Shown one piece after another: positions 1 to 9,432 of a DNA stretch of 64,000 bases. The position numbers and the translations under genes were made by a program. The notes under the pieces were generated by a model. The model was not told the DNA's origin and did not search any database. It worked only from the letters and a program-made list of their open reading frames with translations. The DNA is taken from the NCBI GenBank assembly GCA_947626955.1, contig CANQUB010000002.1, positions 1,505 to 65,504 of the forward strand. The letters run 5' to 3'. Within the stretch, counting starts at the first letter, position 1. Every line of letters starts with the position of its first letter. This stretch comes from an uncultured Clostridia bacterium (GTDB lineage: Bacteria; Bacillota; Clostridia; Christensenellales; UBA1242).

Positions 1-1
1 A

Positions 2-169
2 GAGCTTGTAAAGGTCAGCGTGCTTGAGAGTGAAGTTGACTATAAGGCCATGCTTGATGAACTTTGCGTTAAACTTAAGGCAGAGCCTGTTTGTTATATT
101 GGCAAGAAACTGGTTTTATATAGGTATTCGACCAAAAAGAATGTAAAGCATATTTTGGAAAATACTTGA
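2..169 (+). CDS. 3' end (55 codons) of an upstream CDS; product not identifiable
   Basis: Frame 2 is open from the window edge (ELVKVSVLES...NVKHILENT) to TGA at 167-169. It is absent from the ORF track because no start lies in the window. Confidence 0.4.
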   Translation, partial: ELVKVSVLESEVDYKAMLDELCVKLKAEPVCYIGKKLVLYRYSTKKNVKHILENT

Positions 170-193
170 CAAAAAACCGCTTAATATTATAAT
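166..193 (+). promoter_or_regulatory. sigma-A type promoter for the pheST leader
   Basis: TTGACA at 166-171, a 16-nt spacer, and TATAAT at 188-193. It lies directly upstream of the T-box leader. Confidence 0.55.
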
Positions 194-204
194 TAGATTA
201 GTTT

Positions 205-432
205 TGTAAAGGCTATGACGGAGTTTTTAGTAGCTTTTTTAACACTTATAGAGAGTCTTTGCCCCGGGCTGAAAGCAAAGATAAGTTCCTTAAAAAAGTA
301 AAGTTCGCCTCCCGAGCTGCCCCTTGGGCCGTGATTAAACACGTTAAAAAATAAATGAGGCCAAACAATGTTTGGCGAAGTTAAGGTGGTACAACGCTAA
401 CGGCGTCCTTGCAATCAAGGATGCCTTTTTAA
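205..432 (+). promoter_or_regulatory. T-box riboswitch leader (Phe specifier) with intrinsic terminator
   Basis: AGAGAG bulge-like element at about 250-255. AGTA box at 297-300, followed by UUC (304-306) and then a purine. Conserved T-box sequence AAGGTGGTACAACGC at 383-397, with UGGU matching discriminator A73. Terminator hairpin GGCGTCCTTG (402-411) / CAAGGATGCC (416-425) followed by TTTTT (426-430). It sits directly upstream of pheS, as is usual for aaRS genes in Firmicutes. Confidence 0.8.
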
Positions 433-446
433 TTTTAGGAGGAATT

Positions 447-1478
447 ATGAAAGAGCGTATTGAAAATTTGTCAAAACTTTTTGACCAAAAAATTAAAGAT
501 GTGACTGACGAAAAGCAGCTTGAAGAATTGAGGCTGGAATTTATTGGAAAGAAGGGTTCGGTTTCTCTTCTTATGAATGATTTTAGAAACGTGTCAAATG
601 ACCAAAAGCGTGAGGTTGGTATGCTTGTAAATGCCTTAAAGCAAAAGGTGGAGACTGAGGTTGAAAACCTTAAGCAAAAGCTCAGTGACCAAAAGCTTGA
701 AAATGAGCTTAAGAGCCAAAAGAGGTTTGACTTTACAATGCCTGTAAACCCGAAGACGGGGGCACTCAACCCACGCACCATTTTGCAAAAGCAGATTGTC
801 GACCTGTTTGTCAGCATGGGCTTTATCATTGAGGACGGCAATGAGATTGAGACCGAATACAACAACTTTGACTCAGTAAATGTGCCACGCTCGCACCCGG
901 CAAGAGATATGCAAGACACCTTCTGGCTGGACAACGGCGAGGTTTTAAAGACCCAAACCACCGCCGCCCAGAACCGCATACTTAGAACTCATGGCCCAAA
1001 GTGTAGGGTGCTTTTCCCTGGACGTTGCTTTAGAAATGAGGAAATTGACGCCACTCACGAAAACACCTTCTTCCAAATTGAAGGGGTGGTGGTTGACGAA
1101 AACGTTTCGGTATCTAACCTCATATATTTCATGAAAGAAATGCTCAAAGGAGTGTTCAAAAAGGACGTCAACGTCAGGATGCGTCCCGGATTTTTCCCAT
1201 TCACCGAGCCATCGTTTGAGCTTGACGCCACCTGTCCAATTTGCGGGGGTAAGGGCTGCAACGCCTGCTCGCACACTGGCTGGATGGAACTTTGCCCATG
1301 CGGCATGATTCATCCAAATGTTTTAAAAGAGGCGGGGATTGACCCCGAAAAATACAACGGCTTTGCCTTCGGGCTTGGTTTTGACAGGCTGGTCATGATC
1401 AAAACAGGGCTAGAAGATATCCGCAGCCTTAATGGAGCGAACATAAAGTTGCTATCTCAATTTGAAACTAAGATTTAA
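447..1478 (+). CDS. pheS: phenylalanine--tRNA ligase alpha subunit
   Basis: Class II aaRS motifs FRNEEIDATHENTFFQIEG and GFAFGLGFDRLVMI, plus the Cys cluster CPICGGKGCNACSHTGW. GGAGG lies 5 nt upstream of ATG 447. The track start at 372 falls inside the T-box terminator and is rejected. Confidence 0.95.
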   Translation: MKERIENLSKLFDQKIKDVTDEKQLEELRLEFIGKKGSVSLLMNDFRNVSNDQKREVGMLVNALKQKVETEVENLKQKLSDQKLENELKSQKRFDFTMPVNPKTGALNPRTILQKQIVDLFVSMGFIIEDGNEIETEYNNFDSVNVPRSHPARDMQDTFWLDNGEVLKTQTTAAQNRILRTHGPKCRVLFPGRCFRNEEIDATHENTFFQIEGVVVDENVSVSNLIYFMKEMLKGVFKKDVNVRMRPGFFPFTEPSFELDATCPICGGKGCNACSHTGWMELCPCGMIHPNVLKEAGIDPEKYNGFAFGLGFDRLVMIKTGLEDIRSLNGANIKLLSQFETKI

Positions 1479-1489
1479 GGAGAACTGAC

Positions 1490-3862
1490 ATGAAAATATC
1501 TATAAATTGGATTAAAGAATTTGTTGACCTTGACGGCATTGAGCCCGAAGAGCTTGTAAAGCGTTTTAATTTAGCCACCGCCGAGATTGAGGGCTATGAA
1601 CTTAAGGGAAAAGACACCTATAATGTGGTTTTTGGCAAGGTTCTGGAAGTTAAAAACCACCCCGAGAGCAACCACTTGCACATTTTAAAAGTGGACGTAA
1701 AGAAAGAGGTTTTGCAGATTGTTTGCGGAGCTCCAAACGTTAGAGAGGGCATGGTTACAGCCGTTGCTCTGGTTGGCGGCTGCGTGTGTGGGCATAAGAT
1801 TAGCCCAGCAAAGCTTGTAGGAGTTGACAGCTACGGAATGTGCTGCAGTGCCTTTGAGCTAGGCATTGGCGGAGATGACGAGGGCATTATGGACATTACC
1901 GAAGACGTCGAGATTGGGCAGGACATAAAGGAATATTTACCAATTGATGATGTAGTTTTTGAAGTGGACAACAAAACCCTCACAAACAGACCCGACCTTT
2001 GGGGGCACTATGGAATGGCTCGTGAGTTCTCGGTCATCTTTGATCGCAAGCTCAAAAATCTTGAGGTCGACGACCTGTCAAAGTATGACAAGTTACCTCC
2101 ACTGCATATTAAAAATAACAGCTTCAACTGCTACAGATATTCGGGCATTTCGGTAGATAACGTGCAAGTAAAGAAAAGCCCGCTTAAAATGGCTGTAAGG
2201 CTGTACTACGCCGGAATGCGAGACATCAACTTGCTTGCCGACATCACCAACTATTTGATGCTCGAACTTGGTCAGCCTATGCACGCTTTTGACCATGACG
2301 TGGTGCACGGAATTGAGGTTGTCGAAGCTAAGAAGGGTGACAAGCTGCTCACTCTTGAAGGCCAAGAGCACGAAATGCCTGAAGGTGCCGTGGTCATTGC
2401 CGACGACAAAAAAGTGCCAGTCGCAATTGCCGGAATCAAAGGTGGGCTAAAGGCCTCAATTTCGGACGAGACAGTCAATGTGCTGTTCGAAAGTGCAACT
2501 TTTGACCCCGTTGCCATTCGTAAGACCTCACGTGCAATTGGACTTGTGACTGACGCCAGCCAGCGTTATGAGAAGTCGCTTGACCCTGAGATGACCACCT
2601 TGGCTATTGCAAGGCTACTTAAGCTTTTAAAGCAGATTGACCCCAAAATTAAAGTGTCAAGTTCGCTGACCGATACCTATAAAAAGGAATATCCACTGCC
2701 TGTTATTGAAATTGATGAAGAGTTCATTTCTCGAAGAATAGGCGAGAAGGTGGAGAAGAAAGAGATTGTCAAAATTTTGACAAAACTCGGCTTCTCTGTC
2801 ACCGAAAAAGGTCAAAAGCTTGAGGTGGTTGTGCCTTCATATCGTGCCACAAAAGACGTTTCTATGAAGGAAGATCTTGTGGAAGAAATTGCCCGCATTC
2901 GTGGATATGACAACATAACCCCAAGGCCACTCAACTTTGAGCCAAAGCCAACCACTCTAAATAAAGCTGTGGCCGAAGAATATAATGTAAAGTATATGCT
3001 GGCCGTTAAATATAACGTCTGCGAGGTGCATACCTACATTTGGAACTATTCTGACTTTAACGAGGCCCACCACATCGACAGCCCGTCGGTGGTAAGGCTT
3101 ATGGACAGCTCTCTTGCTGGGCAAAGCGGAATTCGAAGTGCACTTATGCCAACTCTATTAAAAGTTGTCAGCGACAACCGCAACCAGCTTTCTAACATCA
3201 GGGTGTTCGAGGTCGGTCGAGTTGCGCCAAGTCTTGACGAAAACAACCTTGTAAACGAAGAAAAGCATCTATGCGTGGTGCTGGCAAGCCAAAATGAAAA
3301 GCCCGAGGATCTTCTTGAGGAACTTCGCATGTTCATTGTTGATTACGCTAAACAAAACCTTGCCATTGACATAAACTTTAAGGAGGGGCAAGTGCCAAGC
3401 TACCTTAACCCATACAATAGTGCGCACATTGTAAGCCGTGAGGGCGACTGGGGATATTTGGGGCTTGTGCATCCAAAAGTTGCTTCGTCTATTGACAAGA
3501 GGCTAAATATTGCTGCACTTGAGGTCAACTTTGGTGAACTTTCGAGCAAGGAAGGTTACTACAAAAAGGTCAAAGTGCCAAGCAAGTTCCAATCGGTCAA
3601 CCTTGACGTCAGCATCTTGACCCCAAATACCATGAAATATGGCGACCTTGACCAAATTTTAAATAAATATCGCTCAAAGATATTAAACGGCTACAGACTT
3701 TATGACATTTACGAAGACCCATCGCTAGAGGGCAACCGCAGCATCACCATTCGCTATGAACTTTGCGGTAAGGATCACACGCTTGAAGGCAAGGAGATAG
3801 ACGAGTTCTTAAGTGGACTAATTGCTCATCTTGCCAAGAATAAACTTTCAATAAAAAAATAA
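1490..3862 (+). CDS. pheT: phenylalanine--tRNA ligase beta subunit
   Basis: 790 aa, with an N-terminal tRNA-binding OB region (VVFGKVLEVKNHPESNHLHILKVDV) and length consistent with the B3/4-B5-FDX-ACB order. It lies 11 nt downstream of pheS. Confidence 0.93.
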   Translation: MKISINWIKEFVDLDGIEPEELVKRFNLATAEIEGYELKGKDTYNVVFGKVLEVKNHPESNHLHILKVDVKKEVLQIVCGAPNVREGMVTAVALVGGCVCGHKISPAKLVGVDSYGMCCSAFELGIGGDDEGIMDITEDVEIGQDIKEYLPIDDVVFEVDNKTLTNRPDLWGHYGMAREFSVIFDRKLKNLEVDDLSKYDKLPPLHIKNNSFNCYRYSGISVDNVQVKKSPLKMAVRLYYAGMRDINLLADITNYLMLELGQPMHAFDHDVVHGIEVVEAKKGDKLLTLEGQEHEMPEGAVVIADDKKVPVAIAGIKGGLKASISDETVNVLFESATFDPVAIRKTSRAIGLVTDASQRYEKSLDPEMTTLAIARLLKLLKQIDPKIKVSSSLTDTYKKEYPLPVIEIDEEFISRRIGEKVEKKEIVKILTKLGFSVTEKGQKLEVVVPSYRATKDVSMKEDLVEEIARIRGYDNITPRPLNFEPKPTTLNKAVAEEYNVKYMLAVKYNVCEVHTYIWNYSDFNEAHHIDSPSVVRLMDSSLAGQSGIRSALMPTLLKVVSDNRNQLSNIRVFEVGRVAPSLDENNLVNEEKHLCVVLASQNEKPEDLLEELRMFIVDYAKQNLAIDINFKEGQVPSYLNPYNSAHIVSREGDWGYLGLVHPKVASSIDKRLNIAALEVNFGELSSKEGYYKKVKVPSKFQSVNLDVSILTPNTMKYGDLDQILNKYRSKILNGYRLYDIYEDPSLEGNRSITIRYELCGKDHTLEGKEIDEFLSGLIAHLAKNKLSIKK

Positions 3863-3869
3863 AAAACTA

Positions 3870-3898
3870 TTGCCAACATAAAGTCATGGTGATATACT
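3870..3898 (+). promoter_or_regulatory. candidate sigma-A promoter
   Basis: TTGCCA at 3870-3875, a 17-nt spacer, and TATACT at 3893-3898 preceded by TG. Confidence 0.4.
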
Positions 3899-3921
3899 CA
3901 TAACTTGTTTTGGAGATTATT

Positions 3922-4338
3922 ATGGACACACGCATACAACTTTTTGACCCAAAAGTGAACCAAGTCCTGGACATCTTGCTAGACACAAATATCACTCAAT
4001 TCAATTCATTTGCTGAGGCTATTTTTGCCGCCCAGTCAAATAATTGTCGAGAAATTCTTCTAAGCAAAAAGTCCATGGCCTATCTTTATGATGTCTATTA
4101 TTGTGCCGACTTTTGTGAACAATATTTGATTAAAAAAAGCCAAAGTGAAGATAAGAACATCATTTCGTTTACACTGGTCGAAAACCCTGCCTATGGAATG
4201 CAACTGACCGAGCAATTTGGAAGCCTTAGGCTGAGAATTTCCAATTCGGATGGTATTAGGATATTCACCGGCAAACTAAAAGGCAATTCGCTAGTAAGCT
4301 TTAAAGAAGAAACTGAAGATGACTTAAAGAGAGGTTAA
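3922..4338 (+). CDS. hypothetical protein (138 aa)
   Basis: ORF with GGAG at 3912-3915, 6 nt upstream of ATG 3922. No motif recognised. Confidence 0.55.
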   Translation: MDTRIQLFDPKVNQVLDILLDTNITQFNSFAEAIFAAQSNNCREILLSKKSMAYLYDVYYCADFCEQYLIKKSQSEDKNIISFTLVENPAYGMQLTEQFGSLRLRISNSDGIRIFTGKLKGNSLVSFKEETEDDLKRG

Positions 4339-4350
4339 ACCTCTCTTTTT
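4326..4350. terminator. bidirectional intrinsic terminator
   Basis: Stem AGAGAGG (4328-4334) / CCTCTCT (4340-4346), loop TTAAA, with a T-run on one side and an A-run on the other. It lies between convergent genes. Confidence 0.55.
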
Positions 4351-5143
4351 AACTTATAAGCTGCCGTCCAAGGCTCTTGACACCGACCTCTGAGCGGCCA
4401 AAGATTAGACAGAAAAGACCAAGGGCAAGACATATGCTGGCCGTTATAATGTAGGTCTTAACAAATGGAACAAACAGGCAGGCAAGATAGAGTAAGAAAC
4501 CCACTCTAAAGAAGTTTTTAGCCTGTTTTTTCAAAAATACATGGTTTTTTAACCTAAAATGATGCCTATTTTGCGTTTTTTTGGCGGTGGTCAAAAAGTA
4601 GTTTTTCTTCTTCATCAGTGCGTAGGTTTCAATTGGAGTAAAGAAAGTGAAGGGGATTGAAAACCTTGAAATGCAGGCCTGAGCTTCGGGGGTGACGGCG
4701 TTGCAGACTATTATAATTTCATTGATGCCGCTAATCTCACTTGCAATATAGTTGGCCGAAAAAAGATGATAATCGGACAGAGGTTGGTCAACATAGATAA
4801 GCAGCAGTATTTGATCATCAATGACCAGCCCTTCGTTAAGCGGGGTTATCTTTTTGTCGGATAAAAGTTTTTTGAAAAAATCGTAGCGGTTAGACTTTTT
4901 TAGTTTTCTTAGTTCAAAATTGTTTATGTCAATTTTATATTTTTCATCGGCCTTTATGTTTAGCTCATGGTAGCGTTTGTTTTGAAAATATATAACAAAA
5001 CGCAAGGCTATGACAAAGACGAGCAGGGATAAAATAATGGCCAGGCGGAAAGCAAAAAGTGACCGCAAAATTACAAAACTTGCAAGCCCCATAAGCAGGG
5101 AAACAAAGAGGCCGTCAATAAACCTTCCAAGTGTGGATCGCAT
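4349..5143 (-). CDS. hypothetical membrane protein (2 N-terminal and 2 C-terminal TM helices around a soluble core)
   Basis: 264-aa ORF with hydrophobic segments LFVSLLMGLASFVIL, AIILSLLVFVIALRFVIY, FFRVGFLLYLACLFVPF and ITASICLALGLFCLIF. No catalytic motif recognised. Confidence 0.6.
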   Translation of the reverse strand: MRSTLGRFIDGLFVSLLMGLASFVILRSLFAFRLAIILSLLVFVIALRFVIYFQNKRYHELNIKADEKYKIDINNFELRKLKKSNRYDFFKKLLSDKKITPLNEGLVIDDQILLLIYVDQPLSDYHLFSANYIASEISGINEIIIVCNAVTPEAQACISRFSIPFTFFTPIETYALMKKKNYFLTTAKKTQNRHHFRLKNHVFLKKQAKNFFRVGFLLYLACLFVPFVKTYIITASICLALGLFCLIFGRSEVGVKSLGRQLIS

Positions 5144-5234
5144 AAAATTATTATTGACCTATTGGGTTGGTTTATTCAGCATTTTGCTTGCTAAGTGGTC
5201 ATTATTTGTTGTAAACTAGACTTAGAGGTATAGC

Positions 5235-6533
5235 GTGGAAATTATTGAGATATTAGAGGAAAAGAAGCAGGGTAAAGAGCTCGAAAAAGAAGAGATTGAG
5301 TTCATTATTTACAGCCTGCTTTCAAAGAAGATAAGCGAGGAAAAGATGGTTGAGCTCATGCGGCTTATAAACACATCAAATTTTTCCTATCGTGAAACTT
5401 ATTATTTGGCCGACGCCATGGCAAAGTCGGGCAAATATTTTACTCCAGATGAGATAGGCTTTGCAGTTGATAAACACTCGGCCGGCATTGCCTCCGACGC
5501 TTCCACACTAATTTTTCTGTCGGTGCTTGCCTCGCTTGGTGTGAGGACAATCAAAGGCATTTCCAGCGACTACGGAGATTTTAGAAACTCCCTTGAAAGA
5601 CTAAACTCTTTTGACGGGTTTAATGCCAAAATTAATCGTGAAAAAATTGTCAAAAACTTAAACGAAATTGGCTGTGCGGTCTTTGACGAAAGCCAAGAAT
5701 TTGCGCCTGCCGACATTATGACATACAAACTTAGAAGGCGTTTTAAGATAAATTCAGCTCCGCTTGTGGCCGCTTCTATACTCAGCAAAAAAATCGCCTC
5801 GGGAGCCAGCGTGGTCGTCTACGACGTCAAGACTGGTGAGGGTGCAATTTCGCCCGAAGCTGGCTATAGCCAAACCTTGGCCGAATATCTGGTTCGCTCT
5901 TCCGAGCTGGCTGGAATAAAGGCCGCCGCCGTGATATCTGACCTTAACCAGCCAATAAGTGCCACAATTGGGTCTAGGGTGGAGCTTGAAGAAGTTGTTT
6001 CGGCCCTTACCACAAAAGAGCCAATGTTTGACGAGGGGCTTTTGGCGGTTTCTAGAGAGCTTGTCATCATGGCATTGATTCTTGCAGGTAAGGCAGATGG
6101 TCGAGGCGAAGCAGCCGAGATGTTCGATAAGTCCATTCTCAGCGGTGAGGCACTCAAAACGTTTCAGCAATTTGTAGAGTCCTATGGCGGCAACTATGGA
6201 CAAATTGACAAGCAGCAGAGCATAACCAGCGGGGTGGCGACATCCTATTTAACCTCGGATGAAGACGGATACATCCACGATGTCTATTTGCGTGGTTTGA
6301 TCGACGGCTACAATAATCTTGCAGACGGCATTAAAGGTGGCGACAAGCAGGTCGGAGTGGTTCTTCTTAAGCGTGAGGGTGCAAAGGTAGTGCGGGGCGA
6401 GAAGATAGTTCGAATTTACTACTCCTTCGACAACAAAAACTTTGCAAAAGCAAGGAAACTTTTGATGGATTCGATAACCATTACTAAATCTAAGCCGTCG
6501 CCAAGCAAAATTTTATATAAAGTGGTGGTATGA
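5235..6533 (+). CDS. pyrimidine-nucleoside phosphorylase family protein with degenerate phosphate-binding loops
   Basis: Global PyNP/thymidine-phosphorylase layout. It has the N-terminal helical domain, VDKHS, SAPLVAASILSKKIASGA and VVYDVKTGEGA. However, KHSTGGVGD reads KHSAGIASD, and the SGRGLGHTGGT loop reads SSDYGDFRNS. GTG start with AGAGG upstream. Confidence 0.7.
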   Translation: MEIIEILEEKKQGKELEKEEIEFIIYSLLSKKISEEKMVELMRLINTSNFSYRETYYLADAMAKSGKYFTPDEIGFAVDKHSAGIASDASTLIFLSVLASLGVRTIKGISSDYGDFRNSLERLNSFDGFNAKINREKIVKNLNEIGCAVFDESQEFAPADIMTYKLRRRFKINSAPLVAASILSKKIASGASVVVYDVKTGEGAISPEAGYSQTLAEYLVRSSELAGIKAAAVISDLNQPISATIGSRVELEEVVSALTTKEPMFDEGLLAVSRELVIMALILAGKADGRGEAAEMFDKSILSGEALKTFQQFVESYGGNYGQIDKQQSITSGVATSYLTSDEDGYIHDVYLRGLIDGYNNLADGIKGGDKQVGVVLLKREGAKVVRGEKIVRIYYSFDNKNFAKARKLLMDSITITKSKPSPSKILYKVVV

Positions 6534-7201
6534 TGTGGTTTAAAAAACAATTACCGAGCCAACCAAAGACTCTTAATGAGTGCATTGACCTGACTCTTGT
6601 TGACCCAAGGGCCATCAAAAAAGACGCACAGACCCTTGTCAACCTTGCCGTTAAAAACAACTATCGGGCGGTGGTGGTCAGTCCAAGCCTTGTTAGCTTT
6701 GTAAAAGAGTACATGGAAAAAAAGCTGCAAATTATCCTGCCTGTGGTGGCCACAATCGCATTTCCACTTGGCAACACCACTCTTAATGCCAAAGTGGCCG
6801 AGGTAAAACAAGCCATTGCCGACGGTGCCGATGAACTGGACGTGGCAATAAATATTGGCATGGTTAAAGAGGGGGACTATCACGCTGTAAAAGCCGAGCT
6901 GCAGCGAATTGTGCGGCTGGCAAGAGGCAGGGTGGTAAAAGCCATTATTGAGACCTGCTACCTCAGCCGTGAGGAAATGAAGAACTTATGCAAAGTCTGC
7001 GTCAAAGCTAAAGTGGACTATGTCATGACATCGACGGGCTATGGCACGGGCGGTGCCACAGTTGACGATGTTAAATTTCTGGCCGAAACACTGGCAAATA
7101 AGTGTCAAGTTAAGGCCTCGGGAGCAATACGAACCAAGGCCATGGCCGAAGAGTTACTAAAAGCTGGTGCCAGCCTTATAGGAACAAGTAAAATACTATG
7201 A
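6530..7201 (+). CDS. deoC: deoxyribose-phosphate aldolase
   Basis: DeoC-type TIM barrel motifs: ADELDVAINIG, VKAIIET (Schiff-base Lys region), TSTGYG and VKASGAIRT. The start overlaps the stop of the upstream gene. Confidence 0.85.
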   Translation: MMWFKKQLPSQPKTLNECIDLTLVDPRAIKKDAQTLVNLAVKNNYRAVVVSPSLVSFVKEYMEKKLQIILPVVATIAFPLGNTTLNAKVAEVKQAIADGADELDVAINIGMVKEGDYHAVKAELQRIVRLARGRVVKAIIETCYLSREEMKNLCKVCVKAKVDYVMTSTGYGTGGATVDDVKFLAETLANKCQVKASGAIRTKAMAEELLKAGASLIGTSKIL

Positions 7202-7620
7202 AAGAATATTTGTCAAACAGCGAAAAAGAAACTAGAGAGATTGCAAAAGATGTGGCAAAAAATTTAAAAGTTGGCGACGTCGTTTTGCTCTATGGCGACC
7301 TGGGGGCGGGAAAGACGGCCTTTGTTAAAGGCGTGGCCGAATATTTTGACTATGAGAAAGAAAGTGTAGTTAGCCCTACATTTACTCTTGTTAACACCTA
7401 CAAGACCCAAAAGATGGATATTTATCACTTTGACCTCTACCGAATCGAAAGCCCCGACGAACTTTATAACATTGGAATAGAGGAATATCTATACGGCAGC
7501 GGCATTTGTTTTGTGGAGTGGCCCGAGCGTGCTGAGAATCTTATGCCCGAGTGGGCACAAAAAATTGAGATAACAAAAATTGACGATAGCAAAAGAAAAA
7601 TTATTTGGAGGCAGCTATGA
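7198..7620 (+). CDS. tsaE: tRNA t6A37 biosynthesis ATPase TsaE
   Basis: 140 aa with the P-loop GDLGAGKTAFVKG and the SPTFTL motif. ATGA overlap with deoC. Confidence 0.88.
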   Translation: MKEYLSNSEKETREIAKDVAKNLKVGDVVLLYGDLGAGKTAFVKGVAEYFDYEKESVVSPTFTLVNTYKTQKMDIYHFDLYRIESPDELYNIGIEEYLYGSGICFVEWPERAENLMPEWAQKIEITKIDDSKRKIIWRQL

Positions 7621-8207
7621 TAACACTTGTTTTAGACTGTGCATATGGCTCGAAGGCGGCTGTAATTAGCCAAAATAAACAGCTTTCTTTTGCCTGCGGG
7701 CAGGGGCAGCGTGAGGCCGACAGCTATATGCAGACCATCGACAAAGCTCTAAAAGAGGCAAAACTAGATATTGATGATATTGACGAAATTTGCATAAATG
7801 TTGGCCCAGGAAGCTTTACTGGACTTAGAGTTGCACTGTCGGTGGCAAAAGGACTAGGTTTTGGGTCGAAAATCAACTATAGCACATTCACATCTTTTGA
7901 CTATATGGATTCTAACTTGCCAAAGATAATTGAGGGGTTTTCTTCATTTGTCTATGTTAAAAATGGCAAAGATATTGAATGCGTTGATATAAATAAACTA
8001 AATAAGTGCACCTACTGCGTGGTGACAAAAAGCATGCAAGAAAGGCTAGGAAAAGAAGGAATTGACTGCTCACTTTCTAGCCAAAGGTCATACATTGAAC
8101 TTGTAAAACTTGCTAAACAAGAGCAGTTAAAAAACATAGCTCCGCTATATATCCGTGCATCGCAAGCCGAATTGCAGCGTGCTCAAAAAACGCAAATTAG
8201 GCCATAG
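7617..8207 (+). CDS. tsaB: tRNA t6A37 biosynthesis protein TsaB
   Basis: GPGSFTGLRVALSVAKG motif. GGAGG lies 5 nt upstream of ATG 7617, which overlaps the tsaE stop. Confidence 0.8.
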   Translation: MITLVLDCAYGSKAAVISQNKQLSFACGQGQREADSYMQTIDKALKEAKLDIDDIDEICINVGPGSFTGLRVALSVAKGLGFGSKINYSTFTSFDYMDSNLPKIIEGFSSFVYVKNGKDIECVDINKLNKCTYCVVTKSMQERLGKEGIDCSLSSQRSYIELVKLAKQEQLKNIAPLYIRASQAELQRAQKTQIRP

Positions 8208-8222
8208 GAGAATGAAAAAACC

Positions 8223-8663
8223 GTGTTAAAATCGATAAATATACGAAAATGTTCAATTTTAGACCTTGAAAAACTCAAGGAACTTGAACTGGTTTGTTTT
8301 CAAGATCACTTCCATGAAAACTTCAATTTTGTGCTAAAAAGCAAAAACTACTCCTATTTTCTTGCCGAAGAAGTCGGGCGTATTGTCGGCTATGCAGGTG
8401 CTAGCATATTATATGATGAAAGCGAGCTTCAATACATCGCCACGCTGCCTTCGCTTAGGCGCAATGGAATTGCAAAGGCTCTCATGGCTGTACTAGTTGA
8501 AGACCTGATAAAGAAGGGAGTAAACAAGATGTATCTGGAAGTTAAAGAGGACAATGCACCAGCAATTTCTCTTTATAAAAAACTCGGCTTTATCATCTAT
8601 AACGTTAGAAAAAAATATTATGGCGACAAAGATGCCATCGTTATGGTTAAACTACTAAAGTAA
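8223..8663 (+). CDS. rimI: ribosomal-protein-alanine N-acetyltransferase (GNAT)
   Basis: GNAT acetyl-CoA motif RRNGIAKALM and the classic tsaE-tsaB-rimI gene order. The GTG start is uncertain. Confidence 0.75.
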   Translation: MLKSINIRKCSILDLEKLKELELVCFQDHFHENFNFVLKSKNYSYFLAEEVGRIVGYAGASILYDESELQYIATLPSLRRNGIAKALMAVLVEDLIKKGVNKMYLEVKEDNAPAISLYKKLGFIIYNVRKKYYGDKDAIVMVKLLK

Positions 8664-8679
8664 TTTGCACTTTATTTTA

Positions 8680-9384
8680 ATGGAATATAAAGTTTGTGAA
8701 GGCAAAGACCCTTACATATTTTTTCTTCATGGCTGGGGAGGAAGTCTTAGTTCCTTTTTGATGCTAAATAACTATTTTGAAAACGGCAAGGTTTTTTTGT
8801 CGTTTGCTGGCTTTGGAAATTCGCCCGAGCCGGGGATGGCCTACACTGTTCAGGACTACGCAAATGAGCTTTATATGCTAATAAAAAAGATAACAAGTGG
8901 CAAAATTATTATTGTCTGTCATTCATTTGGTGCAAGAGTGGCGGCAAAAATTGCCTCGCAGCATCCCGATATTATGGAAAAACTTGTCATTATTGACGGT
9001 GCGGGGCTAAAGCCAAAACGGGGCCTTAGTTACTATAAAAAAGTGGCAAAATATAAGAAAGCTAAAAGGCAAGTTCTAAGAGGAAAGCTAGACAAGAGTG
9101 AACTTGAAAAATATGGCTCTAGCGACTACAAAAAGCTAAGCTTTGTTATGAAGGGCACTTTTATAAGGGTGGTAAACGAGGACCTAAAAAGGGACTTTAA
9201 AAAAATTAGGTGCGAAACCCTGCTTATTTGGGGCAGTGAGGACAAAGAAACCCCGCTATATATGGCCCGCCGCCTAAACCGTCTTATTAAAAACTCCAGC
9301 CTAGTTATTTTGGAAGGGGCGGGGCATTTTTGCTATCTTGAACAACCTAGCCAGTTTATAACTTTGCTGGCCTCTTTCATTTAA
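8680..9384 (+). CDS. alpha/beta hydrolase
   Basis: HGWGGS oxyanion region, nucleophile elbow CHSFGA, and C-terminal GAGHF (His of the triad). The start could instead be TTG 8665. Confidence 0.75.
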   Translation: MEYKVCEGKDPYIFFLHGWGGSLSSFLMLNNYFENGKVFLSFAGFGNSPEPGMAYTVQDYANELYMLIKKITSGKIIIVCHSFGARVAAKIASQHPDIMEKLVIIDGAGLKPKRGLSYYKKVAKYKKAKRQVLRGKLDKSELEKYGSSDYKKLSFVMKGTFIRVVNEDLKRDFKKIRCETLLIWGSEDKETPLYMARRLNRLIKNSSLVILEGAGHFCYLEQPSQFITLLASFI

Positions 9385-9388
9385 ACAG

Positions 9389-9417
9389 TTGCAATAAAAA
9401 CTTAAATATTATAAAAT
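9389..9417 (+). promoter_or_regulatory. candidate sigma-A promoter
   Basis: TTGCAA at 9389-9394, a 17-nt spacer, and TAAAAT at 9412-9417. Confidence 0.4.
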
Positions 9418-9432
9418 ATAAACGAGGAAAAT

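Noticed and set aside
372-446. Track start of the pheS ORF at 372, which would add 25 N-terminal residues (MAKLRWYNANGVLAIKDAFLILGGI).
   Set aside because: This stretch is the T-box conserved sequence plus the terminator hairpin and T-run. A GGAGG RBS precedes ATG 447, which gives the normal PheS N-terminus.
344-979. 211-aa ORF on the minus strand.
   Set aside because: It is entirely antisense to pheS and the T-box leader. It is low-complexity and Ser/Phe-rich, with no RBS, which is typical of a shadow ORF.
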